A DNA stretch of 64,000 nucleotides from a virus: the IMG/VR virus record IMGVR_UViG_3300011113_000396, positions 1 through 64,000 of that record; one strand, written 5' to 3'. Below, piece by piece: positions 1 through 8,505 of the stretch. Made by a program: the position numbers and the translations under genes. The notes below the pieces were generated by a model. The model saw only the letters and a program-made list of their open reading frames with translations, made no database searches and was not told the origin of the DNA. The first letter of the stretch is position 1. Every line of letters starts with the position of its first letter.

Positions 1-554
1 GTTTTGAGAGCTTTCCCGCATGGGGCTACAGTTTTTATTCTGGAACAGATCCTCAAAGTGGCTGGGCAACTACTGCACCAGACAACTTGATTGAAGTCTG
101 GGAAAATGGATTTCTAGGAGTTCCTGCCTATGAAGGAAATTCCTTTGCAGAATTAAATGCAAATTATGCTTCTACCCTATACCAGAATGTAAATGGACTC
201 GGTGACTTCAATCAAATCAATTGGCATTTTGCTCACCGTGGAAGAGATGGTGTTGATACCATGCGCTTGACCATCACCGATTTTGGTACAGATCAGACTG
301 CTGGTGGTGGAGATGATACCGTTTTATTTCAACAAGAATTTTCTGCTGATAACACAGCATGGCAAGTTCACGTCGGAACTATTACTTCAATTGGCAATCT
401 GACTAGCTTTGCATTTGAAGCGGTGAATGCAGTTGGTGGAAGCACACAAGGCAATCTAATCGACTGGTGCGGGTTCGGAACAAATGCAGTTCCTTCACCC
501 GGATGCTTGGTTTTGTTGGGCTTTGCTGGTCTGTTTAACTATAGAAGAAGATAG
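1..554 (+). CDS. PEP-CTERM-like (exosortase-sorted) surface protein, 5' truncated by window edge
   Basis: Frame is open from position 3 (FESFPAWGYS...). C-terminus is VPSPG + hydrophobic helix + RRR, the tripartite PEP-CTERM-type sorting signal. Confidence 0.8.
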   Translation, partial: FESFPAWGYSFYSGTDPQSGWATTAPDNLIEVWENGFLGVPAYEGNSFAELNANYASTLYQNVNGLGDFNQINWHFAHRGRDGVDTMRLTITDFGTDQTAGGGDDTVLFQQEFSADNTAWQVHVGTITSIGNLTSFAFEAVNAVGGSTQGNLIDWCGFGTNAVPSPGCLVLLGFAGLFNYRRR

Positions 555-562
555 CATAAATA
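555..562 (+). promoter_or_regulatory. T4-type (gp55) late promoter box
   Basis: CATAAATA, 4 nt before ATG 567; matches TATAAATA-like boxes recurring before late genes. Confidence 0.6.
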
Positions 563-566
563 TGGT

Positions 567-2882
567 ATGCTATCCTTTTATAAATTTTTAACTGAAGCAC
601 TAACCGCCAATCAAAAATATTGGGTTGATCACTTTGTTGATTGGCAAAATCCATTAAAGAGGTCTGTCGATTTTTCAAATCATCTTTTTGATAAAGACAA
701 TCCAATCGGCGGTGGTACTGTAATGGACAATGGTAACACAGTGGTGTTTGATATGCCGACAGAAGGATTAAAGCTACAAGCACCAGCTTATCTTGCCGAT
801 CATTTAGACAACTTGGGATATGATGTTCACGACTTCAAAGCTGGATTAGCTGTTAGAAAAGGACACACTCGCCCAATTTCAATTGCAAAGGTTTTATCTC
901 AACCAATCGCAGAACCAGAAGGCATTCCATATGAAGCGGCTCATCCGGCATGGCGAGATCATAGAGAAAAAAGTCTTCAACAAAAGCGAATCTTGGATGA
1001 ATACAATCGTGATGATGTTCGTGTTGCTATGAGGTCGCCTTTACAGATTGTCATAACAAGACATCCTTATAAAGTTGCCGAGATGTCTTCAAACAAACCA
1101 AGATGGACAAGCTGCATGGCACTTGGTACTTGTCCAGATGTTGATATTGAGGGGCAAGAACCACCAGAGCGAGAATATGGCGAACCCTTCTATAATGAAA
1201 TGCCCGGATATCAAGAACCCGGATCAAATGCCAAATATGTTAAGAAAGCACTTACGGGTGGAGCACATATGGCATATTTGATTACGGCTGGAGACCATGA
1301 TTTAAAAAATCCTTTAGCCAGAATCATGCTTGAGCCATTTCATAGCGAGGATATGAAAGATAAAATCTATAGAGCGCAAAATCCCATAGGTTATGACTAT
1401 AAAGATGTTTCATGGGAAGAAGTGAAGCCCAAACATACAATATTAAGAGCTTCGCCTGTTACATATGCCTCTAGTAATTTAAAAAGTAATGGCAAGTCAT
1501 TAATAGATGCATTTAAGCATACTTTAGATTTTCATTTATCCGAAAAGATGCCATTGAAGTCATATCAAGATAATGTTCACAAATATTATATCGAACCAAT
1601 TTTATATCGTGATCACGATGATCGTGAGATACTTCCATCTTCTGAAACTACCAATCGTGTATTAAAAATGGCATCTTCTCCATTTGAACATCATCAATTA
1701 GAAGCACTTGAAGATCCAGAAGTACACAGAGCTTTACTAGCTTATACATTAGACAATCCAATTTATGGTAACACTGTTGATGATAGAGTAAGTCATGATA
1801 TATTCAGATCTCCCCACGAAGCTGTAGTTTTAAAGGCACTTGAAAAAGTTCCATCATTGTTGAAAAATAGAATATCTTTGACAAGACTTTCGTATTCGAA
1901 ACATAAAGCAGTAAGAAGTAAAGCTTTTGAATTTGCTGATTTGATGGATCCTCATGAACTTATTCGATCTCCACATGAAGAATTTGCTCTAAAGGGATTG
2001 GATTATATAAATTCATATTTAGAACGAGCAAGTCCATTTGATCAAACAGCAGCAAAATATTTAAGATTAGCTATACATTCGCCTCATGACAAAGTATTTG
2101 ATTCAATTATCAATAATCCAAATGCCCAAAAACAATTAAATTTTCATAGTCTTTTAATTGGGCAATTGCATGATAATGATGATGCAAAATCATTGAAATC
2201 TTTTAATAAACTAATGAGTGATGTCAAAGATGGAACTATAAAGTCTGAGAGTGTTTTAGATAATATAGCACACTCAGCCATAACTGCTGCTCCTACTATC
2301 CCAGTATTGGAAGCTGCGGCAAATGAACCATCGTTGATTGATCGTCTTGTTCCCGGTTCTGAACTACATAGAGTATTTACCTTCGCAAGAACAGAATATG
2401 ATCCGCAGCGTAAAAAAGTATTTACAGATCTTTCTATAAAATTGGCAAAGTCTGATGCATTCCACAAAACGCCATATTATCACCAACATGAGCGCGATAA
2501 TGTAAGTGATGATGTGGGAGGAATTCCTTCTGTTTTATCGGAAATGGCTGTAAGAAATTTAGGTGCTGCCTTGATTAGCGATTCGGAAGAGGTAAGAAAC
2601 GAAGCATTAAAACATAAAGATTTAGGGAAAATATTAAAAGATAGACGATTATTTTCTGAGATTAGATTTAATTTTTATGAACCTGATCACAAAAACACTG
2701 CAATGGCAATCTACAACCATCCAGACTTCAATTCAAAAGATATGGAATTTGAAATACGAAATTCTGTGCATGATGAAATCAAATCCGATCCTAGAGGATT
2801 TACCACAAATCCTTTGTTAGATACGGTTGAAGATGTTTTTGGAAGAAGATCGGCAAGAAGTAGATTTAGAATGGAAGGTTGA
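567..2882 (+). CDS. Hypothetical 771-aa protein, probable internal head protein with C-terminal helical repeats
   Basis: N-terminus MLSFYKFLTE resembles a T4 capsid-targeting sequence; RHPY..AEMS...WTSCM motif; repeated SPHE-type units. Confidence 0.6.
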   Translation: MLSFYKFLTEALTANQKYWVDHFVDWQNPLKRSVDFSNHLFDKDNPIGGGTVMDNGNTVVFDMPTEGLKLQAPAYLADHLDNLGYDVHDFKAGLAVRKGHTRPISIAKVLSQPIAEPEGIPYEAAHPAWRDHREKSLQQKRILDEYNRDDVRVAMRSPLQIVITRHPYKVAEMSSNKPRWTSCMALGTCPDVDIEGQEPPEREYGEPFYNEMPGYQEPGSNAKYVKKALTGGAHMAYLITAGDHDLKNPLARIMLEPFHSEDMKDKIYRAQNPIGYDYKDVSWEEVKPKHTILRASPVTYASSNLKSNGKSLIDAFKHTLDFHLSEKMPLKSYQDNVHKYYIEPILYRDHDDREILPSSETTNRVLKMASSPFEHHQLEALEDPEVHRALLAYTLDNPIYGNTVDDRVSHDIFRSPHEAVVLKALEKVPSLLKNRISLTRLSYSKHKAVRSKAFEFADLMDPHELIRSPHEEFALKGLDYINSYLERASPFDQTAAKYLRLAIHSPHDKVFDSIINNPNAQKQLNFHSLLIGQLHDNDDAKSLKSFNKLMSDVKDGTIKSESVLDNIAHSAITAAPTIPVLEAAANEPSLIDRLVPGSELHRVFTFARTEYDPQRKKVFTDLSIKLAKSDAFHKTPYYHQHERDNVSDDVGGIPSVLSEMAVRNLGAALISDSEEVRNEALKHKDLGKILKDRRLFSEIRFNFYEPDHKNTAMAIYNHPDFNSKDMEFEIRNSVHDEIKSDPRGFTTNPLLDTVEDVFGRRSARSRFRMEG

Positions 2883-2898
2883 TAATAGATCTGTAAAT

Positions 2899-2905
2899 CT
2901 AAATA
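2899..2905 (+). promoter_or_regulatory. Late promoter box
   Basis: CTAAATA, 4 nt before ATG 2910. Confidence 0.55.
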
Positions 2906-2909
2906 ATAT

Positions 2910-3506
2910 ATGCGAACTTTTATCCAATATCTTTTTGAAGCAAAGGACATTGACCCTTATGTAAATGTACGTCCTTCTTATGCTATTGAATCTCCTTGGT
3001 ACACCAATTCTCGCCAAGTATCTTTAGATGACAAAGGTAGAGAGATACCCTCCGAAAAATATGAAGGTATTCCGGGTACTGGACCATATTCAGATATTCA
3101 ATCAAGGGATGTAAAAAATTCTACGAATAGCATATTCAATGAACTAAAAGATCATTTGCACAATTCAAGAATGCAGTCTTGGGAAATGGGAGATAGACAA
3201 GGGCCGATGCCAACACAAGAAGGATCGCAAGATGCTGCATATTCTTTAATTTCAAATTTTAAAGCACTTCCAATAATTAGAAAAATTTTAAGAGAAAAGC
3301 ATAAAAAATCTGGTGGAAGTTCCATTCAAGTTGAAACAAGACTCACGCGCTTGGATACTCAACTTGAAGATATGGCCTACGCACATCCACAGTTTAATTT
3401 GTGGGCACAAGCAAATAGTGATATGATCGCGGCTAATCTAGCTAAAGGCGGTCACATCACCGACCACATCGATCAATTCATGGCAACTCAAAAACAGAAA
3501 ATATAA
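2910..3506 (+). CDS. Hypothetical protein, probable internal head protein
   Basis: 198-aa ORF; N-terminus MRTFIQYLFE. Confidence 0.6.
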   Translation: MRTFIQYLFEAKDIDPYVNVRPSYAIESPWYTNSRQVSLDDKGREIPSEKYEGIPGTGPYSDIQSRDVKNSTNSIFNELKDHLHNSRMQSWEMGDRQGPMPTQEGSQDAAYSLISNFKALPIIRKILREKHKKSGGSSIQVETRLTRLDTQLEDMAYAHPQFNLWAQANSDMIAANLAKGGHITDHIDQFMATQKQKI

Positions 3507-3507
3507 C

Positions 3508-4353
3508 ATGAAATCATTTTCCGAATTTTTAACTGAAGATATTGAACTACTTATTGAAAATGAAGGTAGAGTAAATTTTTTTGGAGTAGATCATTTAGGT
3601 GCGGATGCTAAAGAAATAATAAGAGCAGTTGAAAGAGTACAAACAAAAACTCCTAACCTCAAAGGAAAAATAATTTTTAAAGAGGGTGCAAAACATATTA
3701 ACATATTTCAGATCGATAGTGAAGGACGCGAAAAACTATTAGGGGGTTTTAGTATGGGTCGCGGGAAATCTGGACCTCAAGGTCCATTAATTAGAAAAAT
3801 AGAAACTGCATTATTTGGTGAAACATATCCACAACGAATGTCTCGCCTGAGAAGTGAACGCTCTAGCCGTTTAACAACCGCAATACCCACACCAGACTCT
3901 GTACAGTCATTAGAAGATCGCCTAACCCTGTTGCGTGGGCTTCCTAGAAAAGAAGGAAGCGACAGAACTAAGAGAGTGGATGATTCTATTACAAGAATAG
4001 AAGCTAGACTTGAAAAGGCAAAAACTTCAGTAAGTGCTGCCATGACTCCAGCCAAACCAACACAAACACCAACCCCAAGAAGAGCATTTACTTCGAAGGA
4101 TGTTTTAACTGCTCTTGGAATGGGAACCGTTGCTACCGCATTAGGAAATGTTTGGGATGCAGCTGGTGCTTTGGTGACTCAGCCTTCTATACAAGATAGA
4201 ATGACGGCAGAGGAAGATGCCCAAACTGATCTTGGTCTAGGATTTAATCTAGGCTCTGATGGGGAACTAGAAGCCGATCCAGCAGGATTTAAAGCAGTGA
4301 GGGATAGACAGAAGAGGGGTGAGAATTATCCACCCACTCTATTCCCGAGATGA
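3508..4353 (+). CDS. Hypothetical protein, probable internal head protein
   Basis: 281-aa ORF; N-terminus MKSFSEFLTE, close to the T4 internal-protein leader pattern. Confidence 0.6.
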   Translation: MKSFSEFLTEDIELLIENEGRVNFFGVDHLGADAKEIIRAVERVQTKTPNLKGKIIFKEGAKHINIFQIDSEGREKLLGGFSMGRGKSGPQGPLIRKIETALFGETYPQRMSRLRSERSSRLTTAIPTPDSVQSLEDRLTLLRGLPRKEGSDRTKRVDDSITRIEARLEKAKTSVSAAMTPAKPTQTPTPRRAFTSKDVLTALGMGTVATALGNVWDAAGALVTQPSIQDRMTAEEDAQTDLGLGFNLGSDGELEADPAGFKAVRDRQKRGENYPPTLFPR

Positions 4354-5601
4354 TTATTTACCTTTAGTTTTGTTTTCTTGAGCCTTTTTCTTTTCAGCTT
4401 CAAGCCTTTCTCTTTCTGCTCTTACCTTATCAATCATACCAGCGGATTTTTTTGATTCTCTAGCTTCTTTAGCTTGCGTTTCCACATCAAAGGCATTTTG
4501 TACAGCTTTATCTTCTGCTTGTTTCATCATATCAGCTAGTTCTTGTTTGCTCATCGTAATTGTCTCTTCCGGCGTTTTAGTTTGTTTTGGTTCTTGCTTC
4601 GCTGGAAGTTCTTGTTTTGGTGCTGCTTGTGCTGTTGCAGTTTGTTTTTGAGCATTTGGATTTTCTGGAATTTTTAATTCCTGCCCGATGCCAATTTTAT
4701 TAGGATTTGGTATTTGATTTAATTTCGCTAAATCATCAACGGTTATCTTATAACCTCTTTCCTTCGAAAGTTTTTGTGCTATGACACCCAAAACATCTCC
4801 CTCTTGAACTTTATATGCTCCATTACCGACTTGTGGCTCTGGTACATTTTCTGTTTGTGGCGGTGGCATCTGGGGTGGTGTTTGTGTTGCCCTCGCAGTT
4901 TTTAATAAAGCAGTAATAGTTTTTTCCTCTTCGGGATATCTTGATTGTGTTACAGCATTTTTTATCTCCTGACTATTACCCGATGCTAATATTTTATCTC
5001 TTCTAATTTCAAATACATTTTTAGTAATAGCAAAGGGACAATTTTTTTTGCCGTCTGGGCATCTAGCCCTTGCGTCTAAAAATATTCGTGGACCGCCTGA
5101 TTGACCATGCTGTACATTTGTAGAATAAAACAACTCATTCAAACCTTCATTTGTTTCAATAAGATTTCCTAATTCTGAATCTTTTTTCTTTAGATTTTTT
5201 AAAGGTTCTTCGTAATATCTAATATCTGTAAATGTTTGAGCTGCCTTCGATAACAAATCTGCATGGGATTTAGATAAATTTCTCCATTGATTTGCGAATG
5301 CTCCATTATAATCACCAAAATCTGTGAGACCTATTAAAGATCTTAATGGTGAATCTTCTGGTTCATTAGTTTTAATATAATTAACAAAATCTTCAGGAGT
5401 TCCCACTGCACTGGCAAACTGATGTGTACCATAACTAACTCCTCCCTTGTCGCCTGTACCGCGAGATATAGTTCCTATTCCTTGGTTACTTTCATATTGT
5501 TGACTAACATAACCAAGTTTCCGTTTTGGTGGAGTTTGTTTCTTCGATTCCATCAAATTTAAAATAAACTTGTATTGTCTGTCTATAGAAAAGTAGTGCA
5601 T
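4354..5601 (-). CDS. Peptidoglycan hydrolase: VgrG3-like lysozyme-fold domain + LysM + charged tail
   Basis: YES..G.GTIS.G.GDKGGVSYGTHQ and STNVQHG motifs; LysM YKVQEGDVLGVIA...LAKLNQIPNPNKIGIGQELKIP. Start moved to ATG 5601 to remove overlap with the upstream gene. Confidence 0.75.
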   Translation of the reverse strand: MHYFSIDRQYKFILNLMESKKQTPPKRKLGYVSQQYESNQGIGTISRGTGDKGGVSYGTHQFASAVGTPEDFVNYIKTNEPEDSPLRSLIGLTDFGDYNGAFANQWRNLSKSHADLLSKAAQTFTDIRYYEEPLKNLKKKDSELGNLIETNEGLNELFYSTNVQHGQSGGPRIFLDARARCPDGKKNCPFAITKNVFEIRRDKILASGNSQEIKNAVTQSRYPEEEKTITALLKTARATQTPPQMPPPQTENVPEPQVGNGAYKVQEGDVLGVIAQKLSKERGYKITVDDLAKLNQIPNPNKIGIGQELKIPENPNAQKQTATAQAAPKQELPAKQEPKQTKTPEETITMSKQELADMMKQAEDKAVQNAFDVETQAKEARESKKSAGMIDKVRAERERLEAEKKKAQENKTKGK

Positions 5602-5605
5602 AGTT

Positions 5606-6328
5606 TTATTCCAGTGTAAGTTCTTTGTCGAGTGCGCGATTAGCAGCATTGCGAAGCTTGTCAATATAGCCACGGCTACGAAGTTCCTTGAACAACAAGT
5701 TTTCCATAGAAAACTCTCCTCCAGATTCAAGTCCTTCGTCACGCATATTGCTGATTTTCTTGAGTAGTGATCTATAAAGAGTTTCATCAGTTGACTCAGT
5801 TTCAATCAAATGATCTATTTTTTGCATGTAGGATTCTACTTTCTTTGTGAGAAAGCTATCCTTTTCAAAATTTAGATCTTTATATTTGGGTTTAGATACC
5901 CATTGGTCATTAAGTAGAGAATAAACACCCTGATCTTTGTGGGTCACTTGGGTTATGGGTTGTGCAAATATTTCAACATCTGCCCCATAAACCTTGATTT
6001 TATGAGATAGACTCCAGATGGTTTTTTTATCTTTAAAATAATCAAGAATTAAATCCTTGTCCATTTCAAAAAAGGTGGGGTCAATTACTAAATGGATATC
6101 CAAATCTGAATTATTTGTATAATTGTAATTGGCATTTCCCCCTGTCATGACGATATCAATAATAGCTTCTTCCGGGACGTTGGCAAATTTGGCCCATTTG
6201 TAGCCTATCTTGGTCAATGTCTTTTTGACCTGTGGTTTGAGCGTTTCTCCATCCCAGTAAATAGGATTGAGTTTATTGTGGTACTCAAGAGTTAATTTTT
6301 CATTTAATAGGGACAAGAAGTTCATCAT
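5606..6328 (-). CDS. Pol-beta superfamily nucleotidyltransferase of T4-like phages
   Basis: TGGNANYNYTNNSDLDIHLV catalytic motif; GGEFSMENLLFKELR C-terminal motif. Confidence 0.75.
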   Translation of the reverse strand: MMNFLSLLNEKLTLEYHNKLNPIYWDGETLKPQVKKTLTKIGYKWAKFANVPEEAIIDIVMTGGNANYNYTNNSDLDIHLVIDPTFFEMDKDLILDYFKDKKTIWSLSHKIKVYGADVEIFAQPITQVTHKDQGVYSLLNDQWVSKPKYKDLNFEKDSFLTKKVESYMQKIDHLIETESTDETLYRSLLKKISNMRDEGLESGGEFSMENLLFKELRSRGYIDKLRNAANRALDKELTLE

Positions 6329-6330
6329 GA

Positions 6331-6350
6331 TATTTATGATTACATAAATA
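6331..6350. promoter_or_regulatory. Back-to-back divergent late promoters
   Basis: TATTTATG-ATTA-CATAAATA gives CATAAATA on both strands, each 2-5 nt from an ATG. Confidence 0.65.
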
Positions 6351-6355
6351 CTAGT

Positions 6356-6619
6356 ATGGAAAACAAAACAGCTGTCTCTGTAGTATCTTCAACCACTGGA
6401 TTGACATTAGGACAAATCCCGAAGCACCGTTCTGTATTGATTAGCACCGTTACTAGCGGTGCAGCCGGACTTACGCTTTCATTTATGGATAACACTGGCT
6501 CTCCATCAAATCAATTTAACATGCATGTTGATGGGGATGTAAATGGACCAGTTTTACTACCACTTCGAATCACTGGTTTGACCGCAACTGCTGCTGTTAG
6601 CGTAGCATTCCTCACCTAA
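6356..6619 (+). CDS. Small hypothetical protein, possibly virion structural
   Basis: 87-aa beta-rich ORF with GLT motifs, between a late promoter and a terminator. Confidence 0.65.
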   Translation: MENKTAVSVVSSTTGLTLGQIPKHRSVLISTVTSGAAGLTLSFMDNTGSPSNQFNMHVDGDVNGPVLLPLRITGLTATAAVSVAFLT

Positions 6620-6620
6620 T

Positions 6621-6647
6621 AAAAAAACCCCGCTTTCGCGGGGTTTT
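6621..6647. terminator. Bidirectional intrinsic terminator
   Basis: A7-CCCCGC-TTTC-GCGGGG-T4 between convergent genes. Confidence 0.85.
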
Positions 6648-6665
6648 ATTAAGATGCCTTTTTAA

Positions 6666-6974
6666 TTAAAGGCGAGTCTTTGCCTTGGAGCAAGTATTTG
6701 AGCAATTGTCAATACGCTCATGGAGCGAGTCAGTCTGTTGCCACATGCTACGGCGAAGCTCATCAATATTTTCAGTGTGAGTTCGATCTGTGTGGCTACG
6801 CTCAAGTGAGCAGACTTCCTTTGATAGCCGACGAATTTCTGCAACGAGCAGGAATCCAGTCAGTCCAGCAAATGACCAAACAAGCGGAGCCTTTGCGTTA
6901 TCAAGGTGTAGAATCAGAGCAGCGAACGCGGTAAAAACAGCAAGCCAACGATAAGTAAAAACATTATTGTGCAT
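6666..6974 (-). CDS. Hypothetical membrane protein
   Basis: Two hydrophobic segments then coiled-coil; AAGGAG upstream. Confidence 0.65.
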   Translation of the reverse strand: MHNNVFTYRWLAVFTAFAALILHLDNAKAPLVWSFAGLTGFLLVAEIRRLSKEVCSLERSHTDRTHTENIDELRRSMWQQTDSLHERIDNCSNTCSKAKTRL

Positions 6975-7113
6975 TTAAATTCTCCTTTTGAATAATAAAA
7001 TTTACAACCGAAACGATCTGATCTAGTTTCTTATTCTCTAGAATAAGATTTACTTTGATCTTTTCAACCTCTTGCTTGAGTTCTAGTATTAGCTTTTTTT
7101 CTTCATCAGTCAT
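6964..7113 (-). CDS. Small coiled-coil hypothetical protein (49 aa, not in ORF track)
   Basis: Translated by hand: MTDEEKKLILELKQEVEKIKVNLILENKKLDQIVSVVNFIIQKENLNAQ. Confidence 0.5.
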   Translation of the reverse strand: MTDEEKKLILELKQEVEKIKVNLILENKKLDQIVSVVNFIIQKENLNAQ

Positions 7114-7133
7114 AACTATACTTAGTCCTCAAA

Positions 7134-7206
7134 TGGGTAGGGTGGGGGTCGAACCCACACATCAACCGTTATAAGCGGTTGGTTCTGCCGATTGAACTAC
7201 CTACCC
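7134..7206 (-). tRNA. tRNA-Ile(TAT)
   Basis: Cloverleaf GGGTAGG...CCTACCC-A; anticodon arm AACCG-CTTATAA-CGGTT; GTTCGA T-loop; no encoded CCA. Confidence 0.9.
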
Positions 7207-7210
7207 AATT

Positions 7211-7292
7211 ACAGTACCCGAAGTACTGGCGATCTAGTCCTCGCTTTCCCGTTAGGGCGGAACGATTTGTGCTTTGTCGTTCCCTATTATGC
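7211..7292 (-). ncRNA. Candidate structured RNA / tRNA leader (four tandem hairpins)
   Basis: GGAACGA/TCGTTCC, CCC-TAAC-GGG, GCGA/TCGC and CAGTAC/GTACTG hairpins in an intergenic gap. Confidence 0.35.
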
Positions 7293-7294
7293 CA

Positions 7295-7561
7295 TCATTC
7301 TACTGAAGATGGTTCCTCTGTCAAGAGAATTTTGCATTTTTGGTTCGTTGCATGTCCAGAAGGAGTCAAAACCAAATAATTGCTCTTCTGGCGATCAGTA
7401 TCGTCACCAAGCCGATAGTTGATCTGAGAGCCGCCAAGCCCCTTGGTAAGGTCTTGCACCCCCTGCCCAGTCATCTGGGCTAGGATTGCCTTGGCGGCTG
7501 AAATAGCGGCCTCCTGAGAGGCCACCTCAAGTGGAATATCAATGTGAATGCGATATGCCAT
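7295..7561 (-). CDS. Hypothetical protein
   Basis: Likely start MAYRIHIDIPL, abutting the upstream stop. Confidence 0.6.
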   Translation of the reverse strand: MAYRIHIDIPLEVASQEAAISAAKAILAQMTGQGVQDLTKGLGGSQINYRLGDDTDRQKSNYLVLTPSGHATNQKCKILLTEEPSSVE

Positions 7562-7752
7562 TAGTCGATAAGAAGCTTCTTGGCGTTTTCGGATGGAATC
7601 CAATCAGTCGAACCATCCTCATACCGAACAAAATACTCAACTTCTTCGGTGATCATACCATTCTTGGTCTTGATCTTCTCTGACTGGCTTCCCATAATGG
7701 TGCAAGCCTTGTTGTTTTGTGAATTTACTACTTGTTCGCCGTGCTTGTACAT
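7561..7752 (-). CDS. Small hypothetical protein
   Basis: Likely start MYKHGEQVV, preceded by GGAGG. Confidence 0.6.
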   Translation of the reverse strand: MYKHGEQVVNSQNNKACTIMGSQSEKIKTKNGMITEEVEYFVRYEDGSTDWIPSENAKKLLID

Positions 7753-7753
7753 G

Positions 7754-8149
7754 TTAAACCTCCAATTCTTGAAAACCTTCGTCATCAGTATACCAGATCT
7801 CATCGAAGAAGTCAACACACCATGTCAGACAATGCTTACACGGCTTTGAATTCCTCAATTCATGAAACCGATTCATACGAAAATTGATCAGTTTCAGCTT
7901 TTTGTCACCCTTCTTGTATGATTTAGGCAACTTATTGAATGCATCCAGTTCAGAATGGACACAATCAATGACATAACCATACTTACGAGCAAGTGGATGA
8001 GTCTTGAACTGATTAGTTCCGATTGAAACTAGCTTATTCTTGTGGAAGATCAGGCTTACATGCTTCTTCTGTCGCTGCATTTCCAGACAAATCGGCATCG
8101 TTTGCTCTAAAATATCGTTTAGCTTCGTACTCAATTTTGGAATAATCAT
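7754..8149 (-). CDS. Zinc-dependent cytidine/dCMP deaminase-fold protein
   Basis: HSE...SKPCKHC matches the HxE/PCxxC deaminase motifs. Confidence 0.75.
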   Translation of the reverse strand: MIIPKLSTKLNDILEQTMPICLEMQRQKKHVSLIFHKNKLVSIGTNQFKTHPLARKYGYVIDCVHSELDAFNKLPKSYKKGDKKLKLINFRMNRFHELRNSKPCKHCLTWCVDFFDEIWYTDDEGFQELEV

Positions 8150-8354
8150 AAGTAGTCGCCTTTGACCCGACTATCTTCTCATTATAGTATTTCTCTACGA
8201 AAACATCAACCACCAAAGGGTAATGTTTTACAACATTTCGTGCTTTTTCACGAATTTCTTTTGGTACTTTTGGTGTTTGCTTTGGGTCAAGAAGACTATA
8301 GATGAATTCTTTGCACCTCTGCAATGCATAAATTTCTTCTTCTAAGGTTGACAT
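8034..8354 (-). CDS. Hypothetical phage protein (BPSL0761-like)
   Basis: LLDPKQTPKVPKEIREKARNVVKHYP motif; start moved to MSTLEEE because the track start lies inside a tRNA. Confidence 0.55.
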   Translation of the reverse strand: MSTLEEEIYALQRCKEFIYSLLDPKQTPKVPKEIREKARNVVKHYPLVVDVFVEKYYNEKIVGSKATTYDYSKIEYEAKRYFRANDADLSGNAATEEACKPDLPQE

Positions 8355-8356
8355 AA

Positions 8357-8427
8357 TGCGAGTAATGGGATTCGAACCCATAAAGATACTTTGGAAGAGT
8401 ACCATGTTACCGTTACATCATACTCGC
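8357..8427 (-). tRNA. tRNA-Gly(TCC)
   Basis: GCGAGTA...TACTCGC-A; anticodon loop CTTCCAA; GTTCGAAT T-loop. Confidence 0.9.
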
Positions 8428-8433
8428 AACAAA

Positions 8434-8504
8434 TTGGAGATCCTAGATTCGAACTAGGACAAACTGAGTCAGAGTCAGTTGTGCTACCGTTACACTAATC
8501 TCCA
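8434..8504 (-). tRNA. tRNA-Gln(CTG)
   Basis: TGGAGAT...ATCTCCA-A; ACTGA-CTCTGAC-TCAGT anticodon arm. Confidence 0.9.
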
Positions 8505-8505
8505 C

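Noticed and set aside
5602-5805. N-terminal 68 aa of the 483-aa ORF
   Set aside because: Overlaps the nucleotidyltransferase in another frame; ATG 5601 just past its stop is the more plausible start.
7207-7310. Possible HDV-like (theta), twister or hammerhead ribozyme next to tRNA-Ile
   Set aside because: TCCTCGC and CTGAAGA words are present, but I could not form the HDV P1 helix, the twister pseudoknots or the hammerhead GAAA core. The element is also 5', not 3', of the tRNA.
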